Of a stretch of DNA of 64,000 nucleotides, positions 43,044 to 56,188 are shown one piece after another. A program made the translations under genes and the position numbers. Under the pieces are notes generated by a model that worked only from the letters and a program-made list of their open reading frames with translations, ran no database searches and was not told the DNA's origin. Position 1 is the first letter of the stretch, and each line of letters starts with the position of its first letter. The stretch is from Tubulanus polymorphus (Eukaryota > Animalia > Nemertea): NCBI RefSeq assembly GCF_964204645.1, contig NC_134025.1, positions 25,710,299 through 25,774,298 of the forward strand, given 5' to 3'.

Positions 43044-44626
43044 GTTTCATATATCTATGTACGGTAATCATTGTGTGAAATAAACATGTGGGGAATTTTC
43101 CGATACGATCTAAAGATATTTTTAATTGGATGATAAAACATATGTGCTTTTCAAAGCAAAATTAAAATCGAAGTTTTAGCCGAGTTTCTCAACTAATTTT
43201 GTAACGATATGATGGATGGCAGTATGCACACCAAGCGATGTGTTTTCAATTTCGAAATTGTTGAAAACATAAGACCGGGATCAACGATATCAAATTAAGC
43301 TCCTCCGCCCCGTGGCGTATAGGATGGGATAGTGATCGAGACATCTCTTCACTAGTTTGCAACTTGAGTGAGGTGCTATTTAATCAATACGGGGCGTTGA
43401 AAGTACCTCATCTGGATTTTGATTCCATTCCAGGTTGAAAACGACCACGAAAAGACAAATCAGACCGGATGAAGCCGCTGCCCGGTTCGCCAGCCACACT
43501 TTCTGCGTCTCGCATCACTGGGGCATAAGCCTTTATTTCCCTTTGCAAAGCAGTCCGCTAGCGGTCCAAAACACTTCGAAATTATTCATTAAAGAATCAT
43601 TTTGACTTTTCGTACATTAACACAGTCTTTACTTTGAAAATTCAAGAAAACGCGAAACAAATGATTAGATTGGTAAATAGCGTGGTTTTCATAAGAATAA
43701 ATTCTTTAAATATTGCTAGGATTATGAAAATCCAATCTAATCGAAAAAAGAAGCCGTGTGGCTAGCCCTGCCGCAGCGCCAGTAATGAAATCACGCTTCG
43801 TTAGGCCAGGGGGCTGATTGAAGCGAGTTCGGGAGTGATACCGGACCCCTGGCAAGCGAGGCTGGCCCTGCCGAGACCTACAATAGACTGGTTGCCGTGG
43901 CGTAATTGGACAGGCGACCAGTCTAGCGGCGGCGCGGCAATCTCAATCTGAGATAGACGCAATACAATATCAAAATGGCGTGCTTTATCATAAAACGAAA
44001 AGCAAAAACCTCACCTAATTACAAACATTGTCACCCAACTTTCAGACCCCTGAAATCATTATTTCAATATTTGGTAAGTGTTTGAAACATTTGTTTAAAT
44101 GGCGAAAAATATTCCATCTCAGATACTGTGGGTAATCATTTCAGATGCACATCCTGTAGAACGGTGCACATGTTGCCTGTTGGCGCTCAGTCGAGCATAT
44201 CGTCATTCCATCCTAATTTCTAGACCACAATGGGCTTCACCTCAGTGTGTTGTAATGAATTTGTTCTTAAATGATTCTATTGACCGATTACATCGAACAG
44301 TGAAAAAACAGTGTAAGTTTATTTCATCTTTTAAATGTACTCTTCATCAGTTTCTGAAATAATATGATATTTAGACTGTTCATGTTTCTTCATTACTTTC
44401 TTGTTTATATTTAATGTTCAACTCTGGATGCAAAACCTAAAGTGTGGATAGAAAAACCCGTGAATCAATGAACTGCAGATTGGAGCGAACAATTAAATTT
44501 GTAAGTTTGAATTTTAAATTCAATATTTCTGCAGTTATTTTAAGGGAAGGAAACAATCCTAGGTTTGTCTATTGTAGGTATCACTTCAACTTGTTCAATG
44601 GGATTTTTGATTAAGCACAGGCCAAC

Positions 44627-44770
44627 AAGGAATCAGTGTTTCACAATCAGACTTTTTTGGTTTCGCACTGGACATCAGGAATCACTCGTGGATTCAGCAC
44701 AGGACAACATGGAATCAGTGTTTCACAATCAGACTTTTTTGATTCAGCACATGACATCAGGAATCACTAT
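44627..44770. repeat. ~80-bp minisatellite (GGAATCAGTGTTTCACAATCAGAC...); longer array at 51125-51350
   Basis: GGAATCAGTGTTTCACAATCAGACTTTTTTG recurs at ~44629 and ~44711; three such starts in copy B. Confidence 0.85.
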
Positions 44771-45309
44771 AGGTGGAAATTCAAGATAAGTTACATCTTT
44801 ATTTTATCAGTTGTTGACTTGATTTTAAGGGACCAGTTTTATAGTGAATGATGTAGGCCTAAACCATGTTTTGAAATGAGATCACAGAAACCTGTTACAT
44901 TTATTCAATCATTTCATATTTCTTAATATCAATGAATATTTGGCTAGGATTAGTTCATGGTTGGGATTGTTATTTCAGTAAGCGGGTATCAAGGTTTTCT
45001 AAATTGCGATCAACTAAAATGTTATTTCTCATCAATATGAAACTGGTTCCTGATGTCAATAATACAACTGTTATCAATCATGTTCCTTCGTGACAATCTA
45101 TAGTTAGAATTTCTGTAGATTAAACTGCTGTACTTATTTCATACTGATTGAACAGTTACAGATACATGTGTAATATTGTGTACAGATACAGAGTACAGAT
45201 CACTGCATTACTTCATCCTGTGATTGAACAGTGATTTAATCTTCTCTCATCTTCACTAGATTCCCATCCGTCTAACTAAAACATCATTTCATTTCAACTC
45301 ATCTAACCG

Positions 45310-45563
45310 CGGGGTTTGGGGAGGGTGGGTAGGGATGGGGGGAGGGAGGGCGGGAGGGATGGGGTGAGGGAGGGCGGGAGGAATGGGTTGAGGGAGGGCG
45401 GGAGGGATGGGGTGAGGGAGAGCGGGAGGGATGCGGTGAGGGAAGGCGGGAGGGATGCGGTGAGGGAAGGCGGGAGGGATGCGGTGAGGGAGGGATGGGG
45501 TGAGGGAGGGCGGGATGGGGTGAGGGAGGGTGGGAGGGATGGGGTGAGGGAGGGCGGGAGGGA
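45310..45563 (+). repeat. G-rich 24-bp minisatellite (GGGTGAGGGAGGGCGGGAGGGATG); shorter version at ~51889-52000
   Basis: Directly visible tandem GGG-run units; source of the Pro-rich and Gly/Arg-rich ORFs. Confidence 0.9.
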
Positions 45564-47554
45564 TCATTACCAACAATGCGCGACTTCAACAATACACGTG
45601 CGTTTAAAATATTTCATGCGGCTCATTGAAACACAGAAGCTGGAAATTTGAAAAATCCCTATTACTGTCTTGCAGTTTGTGGAAACTGAATATTGCATAC
45701 TCTATCCTGTTTTATAGATTCCGGTTAGATGAAAGACTACCATACTACTTGCACCCCTAGTTAGAAAAAATGAATGCTGATTGATATAAATTTGTCCACA
45801 GGAGAAAATCGCGAGTCACTTCCATTTAGCGCCTGAAGTTGCAACTTTCAGGGTATCTTTCAGCTTATTGATGCCGTCTGGATCAAGAAGTTTTCCTAAG
45901 GAAAACAATTCCAATCTTTTTTACATAAATCTTAGTGCAAATTTCCATTTTGGCACAAAAATTAAAGGCATGGTCCCCATAAAATTTTTTGCCACTTTGG
46001 ATATTACGCAGCGCTCACGCGGCGGGTGGCGAACTATTCCGTCGCTCATTGTTGGTAATGTGGGGTGAGGGAGGGTGGGATGTAGGGGTGGGGTGGTAGT
46101 GCGTATGGTGGGCTGGAGAGAATGGGTGGTGGTAGAACTTTGGAGGGAGGGGTATGGGCGTGGGGTTTAGGTAGTGTAGGGTGTTGGGTGTAGGTGGGGG
46201 GTGGTTTAGTGTCGGGTACGGTGGTTAAGTCAATGGTCTTGAAGTTGAGGATATTTCAGAAAATGTGTCCCATCTTTTTATTATTCTAAGAAAGGATTGA
46301 TCATTATGAAACACGTCATGTGGCCACACGTGACTGCAACATGTCATTGGACTAGTTCTATTTTACTGGACCTTGTTATTTCTATGAGACCCGGGTTCGA
46401 TCCCCGGTGAGTGCGCGCATAATTTCACCGTCACTTCTCTCAATCGTTATGAGATAATTGCCCCCAAATTTTTGAATTGGGACGTTTCAATTTTTAGGGC
46501 CATTATTTAAGGTGTTGAATGATCACAAGTTCTGCTCCTTGGCTCCGATCAAATTATGGCTTAATGCAAAATTCAATGAAACAACAATCATATGTAATAA
46601 TTACTGTTGATATCTGGTGGTTTACTGATACATTTCCAGCAGAAAGATGTATTCTATTTTCATATTTGCTATTTCAGAAATGGCTGTAAATACTGGTTCT
46701 AGTTAAACAACTGTATAGGACGATTTTAGAATTCTTTTAATTTGTAAATAGTGGGTTTTTATCTTATCAACTATATAGGACGACTTACAAAATTGTTGAC
46801 GAGAGTCGAGATGCAGTCACATTCATCACTGCTTCCTCTCTTTTCTGCAGATTCTTAGACAGAGACCTACTCTTCATTTTTTGAAGAAGAGTATAGAACT
46901 CATTAGAATAGTGATACCGGTAGGTTTTGTAATCACTATGGATTTTCAGACACACTTCATTTGCCTTCAGCAGTTTACATGGCACAGTATATCACTATTC
47001 ATAGATATCCTTAATAATAAGTTAAATCCTTTTCAAAAAGATAGGACACATTTTCTGAGAATAAACTTTACAATTTATTGGTGGTATCTAGTGTATTTTG
47101 ACATTTTTCACGATCTTATCATTTTATGAAAGTCATTTCAATCCTCCGCAGTTATTTAAAATTTGATCAGTGCTCGATCAATTTTTCAGTTTATAATAGC
47201 TTTTAGACTGCGATCAATGTATTATTTGACAGTAGACTCAATTTAGTGAATTATCACATTCAGTGTGTACGTAATTCTTAACTTAGTGATGAGTGATTAG
47301 TCCAGTTCTCTTATTCAAAATATGCAACGCTCAATTTCTCATGTGTGCTCATATAAACTACTCCACGTATGAAAATTCATCTCTAGTGCAACCTTTATAT
47401 ACAGTTACTGAACTACCGTCATGAACCAAACTTTGTTTATCAAACCAGGGCCATAAAACTGACTTAACCTTTAATGAAGGCCATCAGCCAAATTTATTCT
47501 CATGTTATCAAACCAAAGCCATGAGCTATATTTACCTTGCATGGTCACCAAATC

Positions 47555-47680
47555 AGAACCATGGACCAAACTTTGACTCTTTGGGCACCAAAACAGGGCC
47601 GTGGACCAAACTTTGACTCTGGGCACCAAAACAGGGCCGTGGACCAATTTTAACTCTTTGGTCACCAAAACAGGGCCATG
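47555..47680. repeat. ~40-bp minisatellite (CACCAAAACAGGGCCGTGGACCAAACTTTGACTC); also ~54030-54130
   Basis: Three imperfect tandem copies visible in each duplicate. Confidence 0.8.
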
Positions 47681-48984
47681 AATGAAAAGTTGTGCAAGTT
47701 ATTTCTGTTGCCTTCACCACTGTATTTGAGAATGAAATGATTTATGTGGAACTAATGACGTAGTTAATGAAAGATTCATCTGTATTAGTGCCGCTGCTGG
47801 TACAGCTGCTGCAGCTGCTGCTGGTGGTGCAACTAACACAAACTTTTGCTGTTTGTCTCTAAAAGATTAAACTTGATCCCAGTCGGAACTGATGAAAGTT
47901 GTAGTGAGACGACAAAATAAGGAAAAGCCATATGAAAAGAAAAAATATAAAGCGAATGCGTGAGCTTCTAACAACAAAATAAAACAGCATGAAATGCTTA
48001 TATAAAGAGTGGGGTCCGAGAGCAATTCGAAGGTTTAGTGTCCTGCACGCTTAGCGGGCGGGCAGGGGTCTATTCCTACCTCGACTCTAAAGGAGCTAAA
48101 AGTCAGAGAAAAGGGTAAAAACGAAAAACGGCAAATGAAAGAAAATGGCTGGAGTTTGATTTGTTCCACTGGGTTCAAGTGTTAACTTGAAGACAATCAA
48201 ATTTACAATCAAACGGATTATTTATGACGTATATATTTTGTAAACATCAGCAGTTCATAATCAATGATTAATAAATCTTATTAATAAGATTCCATAAAAC
48301 AACTTGTTTACCTCTTGTAGAGAGTATGGAAATATCTCATCTAACTGTCATTGGTCCACACCGGTTTCATGATAAGAGTGACGACGTTGAATTCGTGAAG
48401 CAACATAAATAGCGTTAATTTGTTTTGATCTCAGCCATCATTCTTGGCTTTGGTTTGTGTTTGCCCTTCTCACAACATTTTGTGAGTGTGGAGGTTTGGT
48501 TCGGGCTTTTTTTCGGGTGAACCCTCCGTATACCTCCCCCTCCCTTACAACATTTTGAATTAAGTTCCTCGGGTTTGGTTTGATGTTTTGTAGATGAAAC
48601 AACTCAAACTCGCATAATTTGATGAAATGAAATCTGTTTACAGACGACTGCTGCAACTTTTCGTGAAACTGAGATATATTGTGAATACTTATTGGAGGGA
48701 GTAGAAATAATAGGAATAATTTGAATGAATTTGATGAAATTGATAAAGAAATCATCTAAAATTCAAGCCATGTGATTTTCAAGACCACACTAGGCATATG
48801 ATCATTTGAATGCCTCCAAAATTGTAGAAAAGTATCTGTGAGTCCCATCAATGATGCAATTGATTAAGATTTCAATTTATATATGAAATTGATATGATCG
48901 TGAAAAATGGCAAATCGTTTTGTAGTTATTGCACAGATGAGAGGTGTCTGAGGAAGAGACAAGAGAGTTGAGGAGAAGGCTACG

Positions 48985-49340
48985 TGGGAGGGCATTAAGG
49001 GAGGGCTAGGTGGGAGGGCATTGAGGGAGGGCTAGGTGGGAGGGCATTGAGGAAGGGAAGGGGTCCGGGATGGTGGGAGGGAAGGGGCGAGGGAGGGCGG
49101 GAGGTAAGGGGCGAGTGAGGGCGGGAGGGAAGGGGCGAAGGACGGCGGGAGGGAAGGGGCGAGGGAGGGTGGGAGGGAAGGGGTGAGGGAGGGCGGGAGG
49201 GAAGGGGTGAGGGAGGGCGGGAGGGAAAGGGTGAGGGAGGGAAGGGGTCTGGGAGGGCGGGAGGGAAGGGGTCTGGGAGGGCGGGTGGGAAGGGGTGAGG
49301 GAGGGCGGGAGGGAAGGGGTCTGGGAGGGTCGGGTCGGGA
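48985..49340 (+). repeat. G-rich minisatellite (GGGAGGGCGGGAGGGAAGGGGTGA); shorter version at ~55450-55648
   Basis: Directly visible tandem GGG-run units related to the 45310-45563 array, same strand. Confidence 0.9.
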
Positions 49341-49761
49341 GGTTAGGTGAGTTGAAATGTTTTAGTTAGACAGATGGGAATCTAATGAAGATGATAGAAC
49401 ATTTAATCACTGTTCAATCACAGGAAGAAGTAATGCAGTGGTCTGTACTCTGTATCTGCACACAATGTTACATGTATCTGTAACTGTTCAATCAGTATGG
49501 AATAAGTACAGCAGTTTAATCTACAGAAATCCTGTACTGTTTCTGTCTGATCGATTAATAACTTTGAGATGTTACATATCTGCTCTATTGTCACTGATTA
49601 TTGTTTCTTATTCTTTTCAGAATGAAATAAATGCAATAGAATCTACTATTTAAGCGGGCTCATTTAAAAGTTAAGTACAAAACTGGTAATGAATTTCTCT
49701 ACAGAATTCTTCACAGTCTCTGTTATTGTTTTACACTTATTTACAGGATGAGATACACACT

Positions 49762-49849
<88 letters not shown>
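49762..49849 (+). repeat. (CAG)n microsatellite, about 27 pure units after one interruption
   Basis: GCA ACA (GCA)n directly after ...TTTACAG GATGAGATACACACT. Confidence 0.95.
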
Positions 49850-49851
<2 letters not shown>

Positions 49852-52811
49852 ACTTTTTTTATGTATGAATTATTCTATCTGTTTATTGATTCGGTGTAAA
49901 ATTGCTCTTATTTCATAAAAACTTAACTGACAATTTCTACCATTTGTTTTTAGGAGCTGAAATGAGTGGAACCCTTTACAGAATCTGTGAACAGTAAACA
50001 TTTGGAAATTCACTTCACATTTGTTAAAGATGGACATCACTTAAGATCCTCAAAACAAAAACGGTACCAATAAATATCTCTACAGATTCTAGTCTCTGTT
50101 TGACTGTAAATTTATAAACTCATTTCCTGATTAGAAGCTACAATCAGAGAAGGCAAATTTTCAATCACTTCTATTCTGGTCAAATTTCAAATCATCAGAA
50201 TTATACAAGTTTTGTGTATTCAAGGGCCCAAAATCAAGCTGAGCTTGCAGCAAACATTGCGCTTTACAAATCAAACAAGTCAGAAATGCTGAGTTTTATA
50301 TTAATTTCTATTGCAGTAATTTGTGGTGATCTTCAAATCAAGTCCAGAAAATGATGTGTTTGATCGGTCAATGTTGGCATCAACGCTTTACTAGAGGACG
50401 CAGTTTAAAGCTACCATCAAACACTTCAGAAATCTGCATACACTCAACACATTGTGATAAACTACTATTAACCTGGTGGGTTTTCTGTCAATCGAACACA
50501 AACAAATTGTAGTTTCTATTTATTTCATCAACCTCTTCTAGAATGCAATACACCCAACACTATTGGAGCTGGAGAAATTAAGAATATTCACCTTCAAAGA
50601 GTGAAGAAGCTCCGCTATTCTTTTAAGAAACTATTCTTTTAAGAAAGTAATTTTCTCTATACCTAGTTCTAGCTTTTTATAAAACTTAACAGTTCAATTA
50701 TTTATATATGTTTATTTTCTCAGAAAGTCATCAGTTCTCTGAACTTCATGACATTATTACTCTTGGGAGTGAAATCCTGCTAGATGGCACTGAGCTAATC
50801 CGATACAAGTTTAGAAATGGTGAGTTTTTCATCACTCCATTGTGCTCTTAATTTGAAAATATTCGAACAATCAATTATTCTGTACAGAATTTTTGTGTGA
50901 TTCTCCGGAAAGAAGTGCGGCTGAAGCTGCTGCTGCTGCTGCTGCCGCCGCCGACGCTGAATCCTTAATCAATTCTGCTGAACACAATTTTGAAAATGAT
51001 TGATATTCTTATAGAACTTAGCCCCAATTTCTGATTGCTATAATTTTCTAAATACGTTACTTATTCTTTTCATAGTATAATGATTTATTGCAGCATGAAA
51101 TTTATCCAATAGAACAATTTGAAAAAGGAATCGTGTTTCACGATCAGACATTTTTGGTTTCGCACTGGACATCAGGAATCACTCTTGGATTCAGCACAGG
51201 ACAACATGGAATCAGTGTTTCACAATCAGACTTTTTTTGATTCAGCACATGACATCAGGAATCACTCTTGGATCCTGCATAAGACAACTAGAAGGAATCA
51301 GTGTTTCACAATCAGACTTTGATTCAGCACATGACATCAGGAATCACTATAGGTGGAAATTCAAGATAAGTTACATCTTTATTTATCGGTTGTTGACTTG
51401 ATTTTAAGGGACCAGTTTTATAGTGAATGATATAGGCCTAAACCATGTTCTGAAATGAGATCACAGAAACCTGTTGCATTTATTCAATCATTTCATATTT
51501 CTTAATATCAGTGAATATTTGGCTAGGATTAATTCATGGTTGGGATTGTTATTTCGGTAAGCGGGTATCAAGGTTTTCTAAATTGCGATCAACTAAAATG
51601 TTATTTCTCATCAATATGAAACTGGTTCCTGATGTCAATAATACAACTGTTATCAATCATGTTCCTTCGTGACAATCTATAGTTAGAATTTCTGTAGATT
51701 AAACTGCTGTACTTATTTCATACTGATTGAACAGTTACAGATACATGTGTAATATTGTGTACAGATACAGAGTACAGATCACTGCATTACTTCATCCTGT
51801 GATTGAACAGTGATTTAATCTTCTCTCATCTTCACTAGATTCCCATCCGTCTAACTAAAACATCATTTCATTTCAACAAATCTAACTGCGGGGTTTGGGG
51901 AGGGTGCGTAGGGATGGGGGGAGGGAAGGGGTAGAGGAAGGGCGGGAGGGATGGGGTGGGGGAGGGCGGGAGGGATGGGGTGAGGGAGGGCGGGAGGGAT
52001 CATTACCAACAATGCGCGACATCAACAATACACGTGCGTTTAAAATATTTCATGCGGCTCATTGAAAAACGGAAGCTGGAATTAAAAAATCCCTATTACT
52101 GGCCTGCAGTTTGTGGAAACTGAATATTGCATACTCTATCTTGTTTTATAGATTCCGGTTCGATGAAAGACTACCATACTACTTGCACCCCTAGTTAGAA
52201 AAAATGAATGCTGATCGATATAAATTTGTCCATGGGAGAAAATCGCGAGTCACTTCCATTTAGCACTGAAGTTGCAACTTTCAGGGTATCTTTCAGCTTA
52301 TTGATGCCGTCTGGATCAAGAAGTTTTCCTAAGGAAAACAATTCCAATCTTTTTTACATAAATCTTAGTGCAAATTTCCATTTTGACACAAAAATTAAAG
52401 GCATGGTCCCCATAAGATTTTTGCCACTTTAGATATTACGCAGCGCTCACGCGGCGGGGTGGCGAACTATTCCGTCGCTGATTGTTGGTAATGTCGGGTG
52501 AGGGAGGGTGGGATGTAGGGGTGGGGGTGGTAGTGCTGAGGTTGGCTGGAGAGAATGGGTGGTGGTAGAACTTTGGAGGGAGGGGTATGGGCGTGGGGTT
52601 TAGGTAGTGTAGGGTGTAGGGTGTAGGTGGGGGGTGGTTTAGTGTCGGGTACGGTGGTTAAGTCAATAGTCTTGAAGTTGAGGATATTTCAGAAAATGTG
52701 TCTCATCTTTTTATTATTCTAAGAAAGGATTGATCATTATGAAACGAGTCGTGTGGCTACAAGTGACTGCAACATGTCATGTTTCAGTTGTTATGCGTGA
52801 CAAGCTGTATA

Positions 52812-52895
52812 ACCATCGGCCAATTGGACTAGTTCTATTTTACTGGACCTTGTTATTTCTATGAGACCCGGGTTCGATCCCCGGTGAGTGCGCGC
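52812..52895 (+). mobile_element. tRNA-related SINE head / tRNA-like remnant (5'-truncated paralogue at ~46345-46420)
   Basis: B-box-like CCGGGTTCGATCCCCGG hairpin with an A-box-like TCGGCCAATTGG upstream; no complete cloverleaf. Confidence 0.35.
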
Positions 52896-55800
52896 ATAAT
52901 TTCACCGTCACTTCTCTCAATCGTTATGAGATAATTGCCCCCAAATTTTTGAATTGGGACGTTTCAATTTTTAGGGCCATTATTTAATGTGTTGAATGAT
53001 CACAAGTTCTGCTCCTTGGCTCCGATCAAATATTGGCTTAATGCAAAATTCAATGAAACAACAATCATACGTAATAATTACTGTTGATATCTGGTGGTTT
53101 ACTGATACATTTCCAGCAGAAAGATGTATTCTATTTTCATATTTGCTATTTCAGAAATGGCTGTAAATACTGGTTCTAGTTAAACAACTGTATAGGATGG
53201 TTTTAGAATTCTTTTAATTTGTAAATAGTGGGTTTTTATCTTATCTACTGTACAGGACGACTTACAAAATTGTTGATGAGAGTCGAGATGCAGTCACATT
53301 CATCGCTGCTTCCTCTCTTTTCTGCAGATTCTTAGACAGAGACCTACTCTTCATTTTTTGAAGAAGAGTATAGAACTCATTAGAATAGTAATAGGTTTTG
53401 TAATCACTATGGATTTTCAGACACACTTCATTTACCTTCAGCAGTTTACATGGCACAGTATATCACTATTCATAGATATCCTTAATAATTAGTTAAATCC
53501 TTTTCAAAAAGATAGGACACATTTTCTGAGAATAAACTTTACAATTTATTGGTGGTATCTAGTGTATTTTGACATTTTTCACGATCTTATCATTTTATGA
53601 AAGTCATTTCATCCTCCGCAGTTATTTAAAATTTGATCAGTGCTCGATCAATTTGTCAGTTTATAATAGCTTTTAGACTTCGATCAATGTATTATTTGAC
53701 AGTAGACTCAATTTAGTGAATTATCACATTCAGTATGTACGTAATTCTTAACTTAGTGATGAGTGATTAGTCCAATTCTCTTATTCAAAATATGCAACGC
53801 TCAATTTCTCATGTGTGCTCATATAAACTGCTCCACGTATGAAAATTCATCTCTAGTGCAACCTTTATATACAATTACTGAACTACGGTCATGAACCAAA
53901 CTTTGTTTATCAAACCAGGGCCATAAAACTGACTTAACCTTTAATGAAGGCCATCAGCCAAATTTATTCTCATGTTATCAAACCAAAGCCATGAGCTATA
54001 TTTACCTTGCATGGTCACCAAATCAGAACCATGGGCACCAAAACAGGGCGGTGGACCAAACTTTGACTCGTTGGGCACCAAAACAGGGCCGTGGACCAAT
54101 TTTAACTCTTTGGTCACCAAAACAGGGCCATGAATGAAAAGTTGTACAAGTTATTTCTGTTGCCTTCACCTCTGTATTTGAGAATGAAATGATTTATGTG
54201 GAACTAATGACGTAGTTAATGAAAGATTCATCTGTATTAGTGCCGCTGCTGGTACAGCTGCTGCAGCTGCTGCTGGTTGTGCAACTAACACAATCTTTTG
54301 CTGTTTGTCTCTAAAAGATTAAACTTGATCCCAGTCGGAACTGATGAAAGTTATAGTGAGACGACAAAATAAGGAAAAGCCATATGAAAAGAAAAAATAT
54401 AAAGCGAATGCGTGAGCTTCTAACAACAAAATAAAACAGCATGAAATGCTGATATAAAGAGTGGGGTCCGAGAGCAATTCGAAGGTTTAGTGTCCTGCAC
54501 GCTTAGAGGGCGGACAGGGGTCTATTCCTACCTCGACTCTAAAGGAGCTAAAAGCGCTAAAAGCCAGAGAAAAGAGTAAAAACGAAAAATGACAAATGGC
54601 AAATGAAGGAAAATGGCTGGAGTTTGATTTGTTCCACTGGGTTCAAGTGTTAACTTGAAGAAAATCAAATTTACAATCAAACGGATTATTTATGACGTAT
54701 ATATTTTGTAAACATCAGCAGTTCATAATTAATGATTAATAAATCATATGAATAAGATTCCATAAAACAACTTGCTTAGCTCTTGTAGAGAGTATAGAAA
54801 TATCTCATCTAACTGTCATTGGTCCACAACGGTTTCATGATAAGAGTGACGACGTTGAATTCGTAAAGCAACATAAATAGCATTAATTTGTTTTGATCTC
54901 AGCCATCATTCATGTCCTTGGTTTGTGTTTGCCCTTCTCACAACATTTTGTGAGTGTGGAGGTTTGGTTCGGGCTTTCTTTCGGGTGAACCCTCCGTATA
55001 CCTCCCCCTCCTTACAACATTTTGAATTAAGTTCCTCGGGTTTGGTTTGATGTTTTGTACATGAAACAACTCAAACTCGCATAATTTGATGAAATGAAAT
55101 CTGTTTACAGACGACTGCTGCAACTTGTCGTGAAACTGAGATATATTGTGAATACTTATTGGAGGGAGTAGAAATAATAGGAATAATTTGAATGAATTTG
55201 ATGAAATTGATAAAGAAATCATCTAAAATTCAAGCCATGTGATTTTCAAGACCACACTAGGCATATGATCATTTGAATGCCTCCAAAATTGTAGAAAAGT
55301 ATCTGTGAGTCCCGTCAATTATGCAATTGATTAAGGATTTCAATTTATATATGAAATTGATACGATAGTGAAAAATGGCAAATCGTTTTGTAGTTATTCT
55401 ACAGATGAGCGGTGTCTGAGGAGGAGACAAGAAAGTTGAGGAGTCATGATGGGAGGGCTAGGTGGGAGGCATTGAGGGAGGGAATGGGTTGGGGAGGGCA
55501 TTGAGGGAGGGAATGGGTTGGGGAGGGTAGGAGGGAAGGGGTGAGGGAGGGCGGGAGGGAAGGGTTGAGGGAGGGCGGGAGGGAAGGTGTGAGGGAGGGC
55601 GGGAGGGAGGGCGGGAGGGATGGGGTCCGGGAGGGTCGGGTTGGGAGGTTAGGTGAGTTGAAATGTTCTGATGTTTTAGTTAGATTGATGGGAATCTAGT
55701 GAAGATGAGAAAAGATTAAATCACTGTTCAATCACAGGATGAAGTAATGCAGTGATCTGTACTCTGTATCTGTACACAATGTTACATGTATCTGTAACTG

Positions 55801-56075
55801 TTCAATCAGTATGGAATAAGTACAGCAGTTTAATCTACAGAAATCCTGTACTGTTTCTGTCTGATCGATTAATAACTTTGAGATGTTACATATCTGCTCT
55901 ATTGTCACTGATTATTGTTTCTTATTCTTTTCAGAATGAAATAAATGCAATAGAATCTACTATTTAAGCGGGCTCATTTAAAAGTTAAGTACAAAACTGG
56001 TAATGAATTTCTCTACAGAATTCTTCACAGTCTCTGTTATTGTTTTACACTTATTTACAGGATGAGATACACACT

Positions 56076-56188
<113 letters not shown>

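Larger units (their letters stand above)
44627..51124. repeat. ~6.5 kb tandem duplication, copy A
   Basis: Collinear with 51125-57630 (e.g. 44781 vs 51361, 47761 vs ~54212, paired ORF-track entries 46785/53262, 48438/54938, 49438/55752). Confidence 0.95.

Noticed and set aside
44627-44770. CRISPR-like appearance of the 80-bp repeats (also the 60716-60912 hairpins)
   Set aside because: Intervening sequences are repeated rather than unique, there are no cas genes, and the context is eukaryotic.
45289-45651. Pro-rich and Gly/Arg-rich ORFs on both strands
   Set aside because: Translations of the G-rich minisatellite; array length differs in the duplicate copy.
46385-46420. tRNA gene
   Set aside because: Only a T-arm/B-box is present; no acceptor stem or anticodon arm, so kept only as a low-confidence SINE-like remnant.
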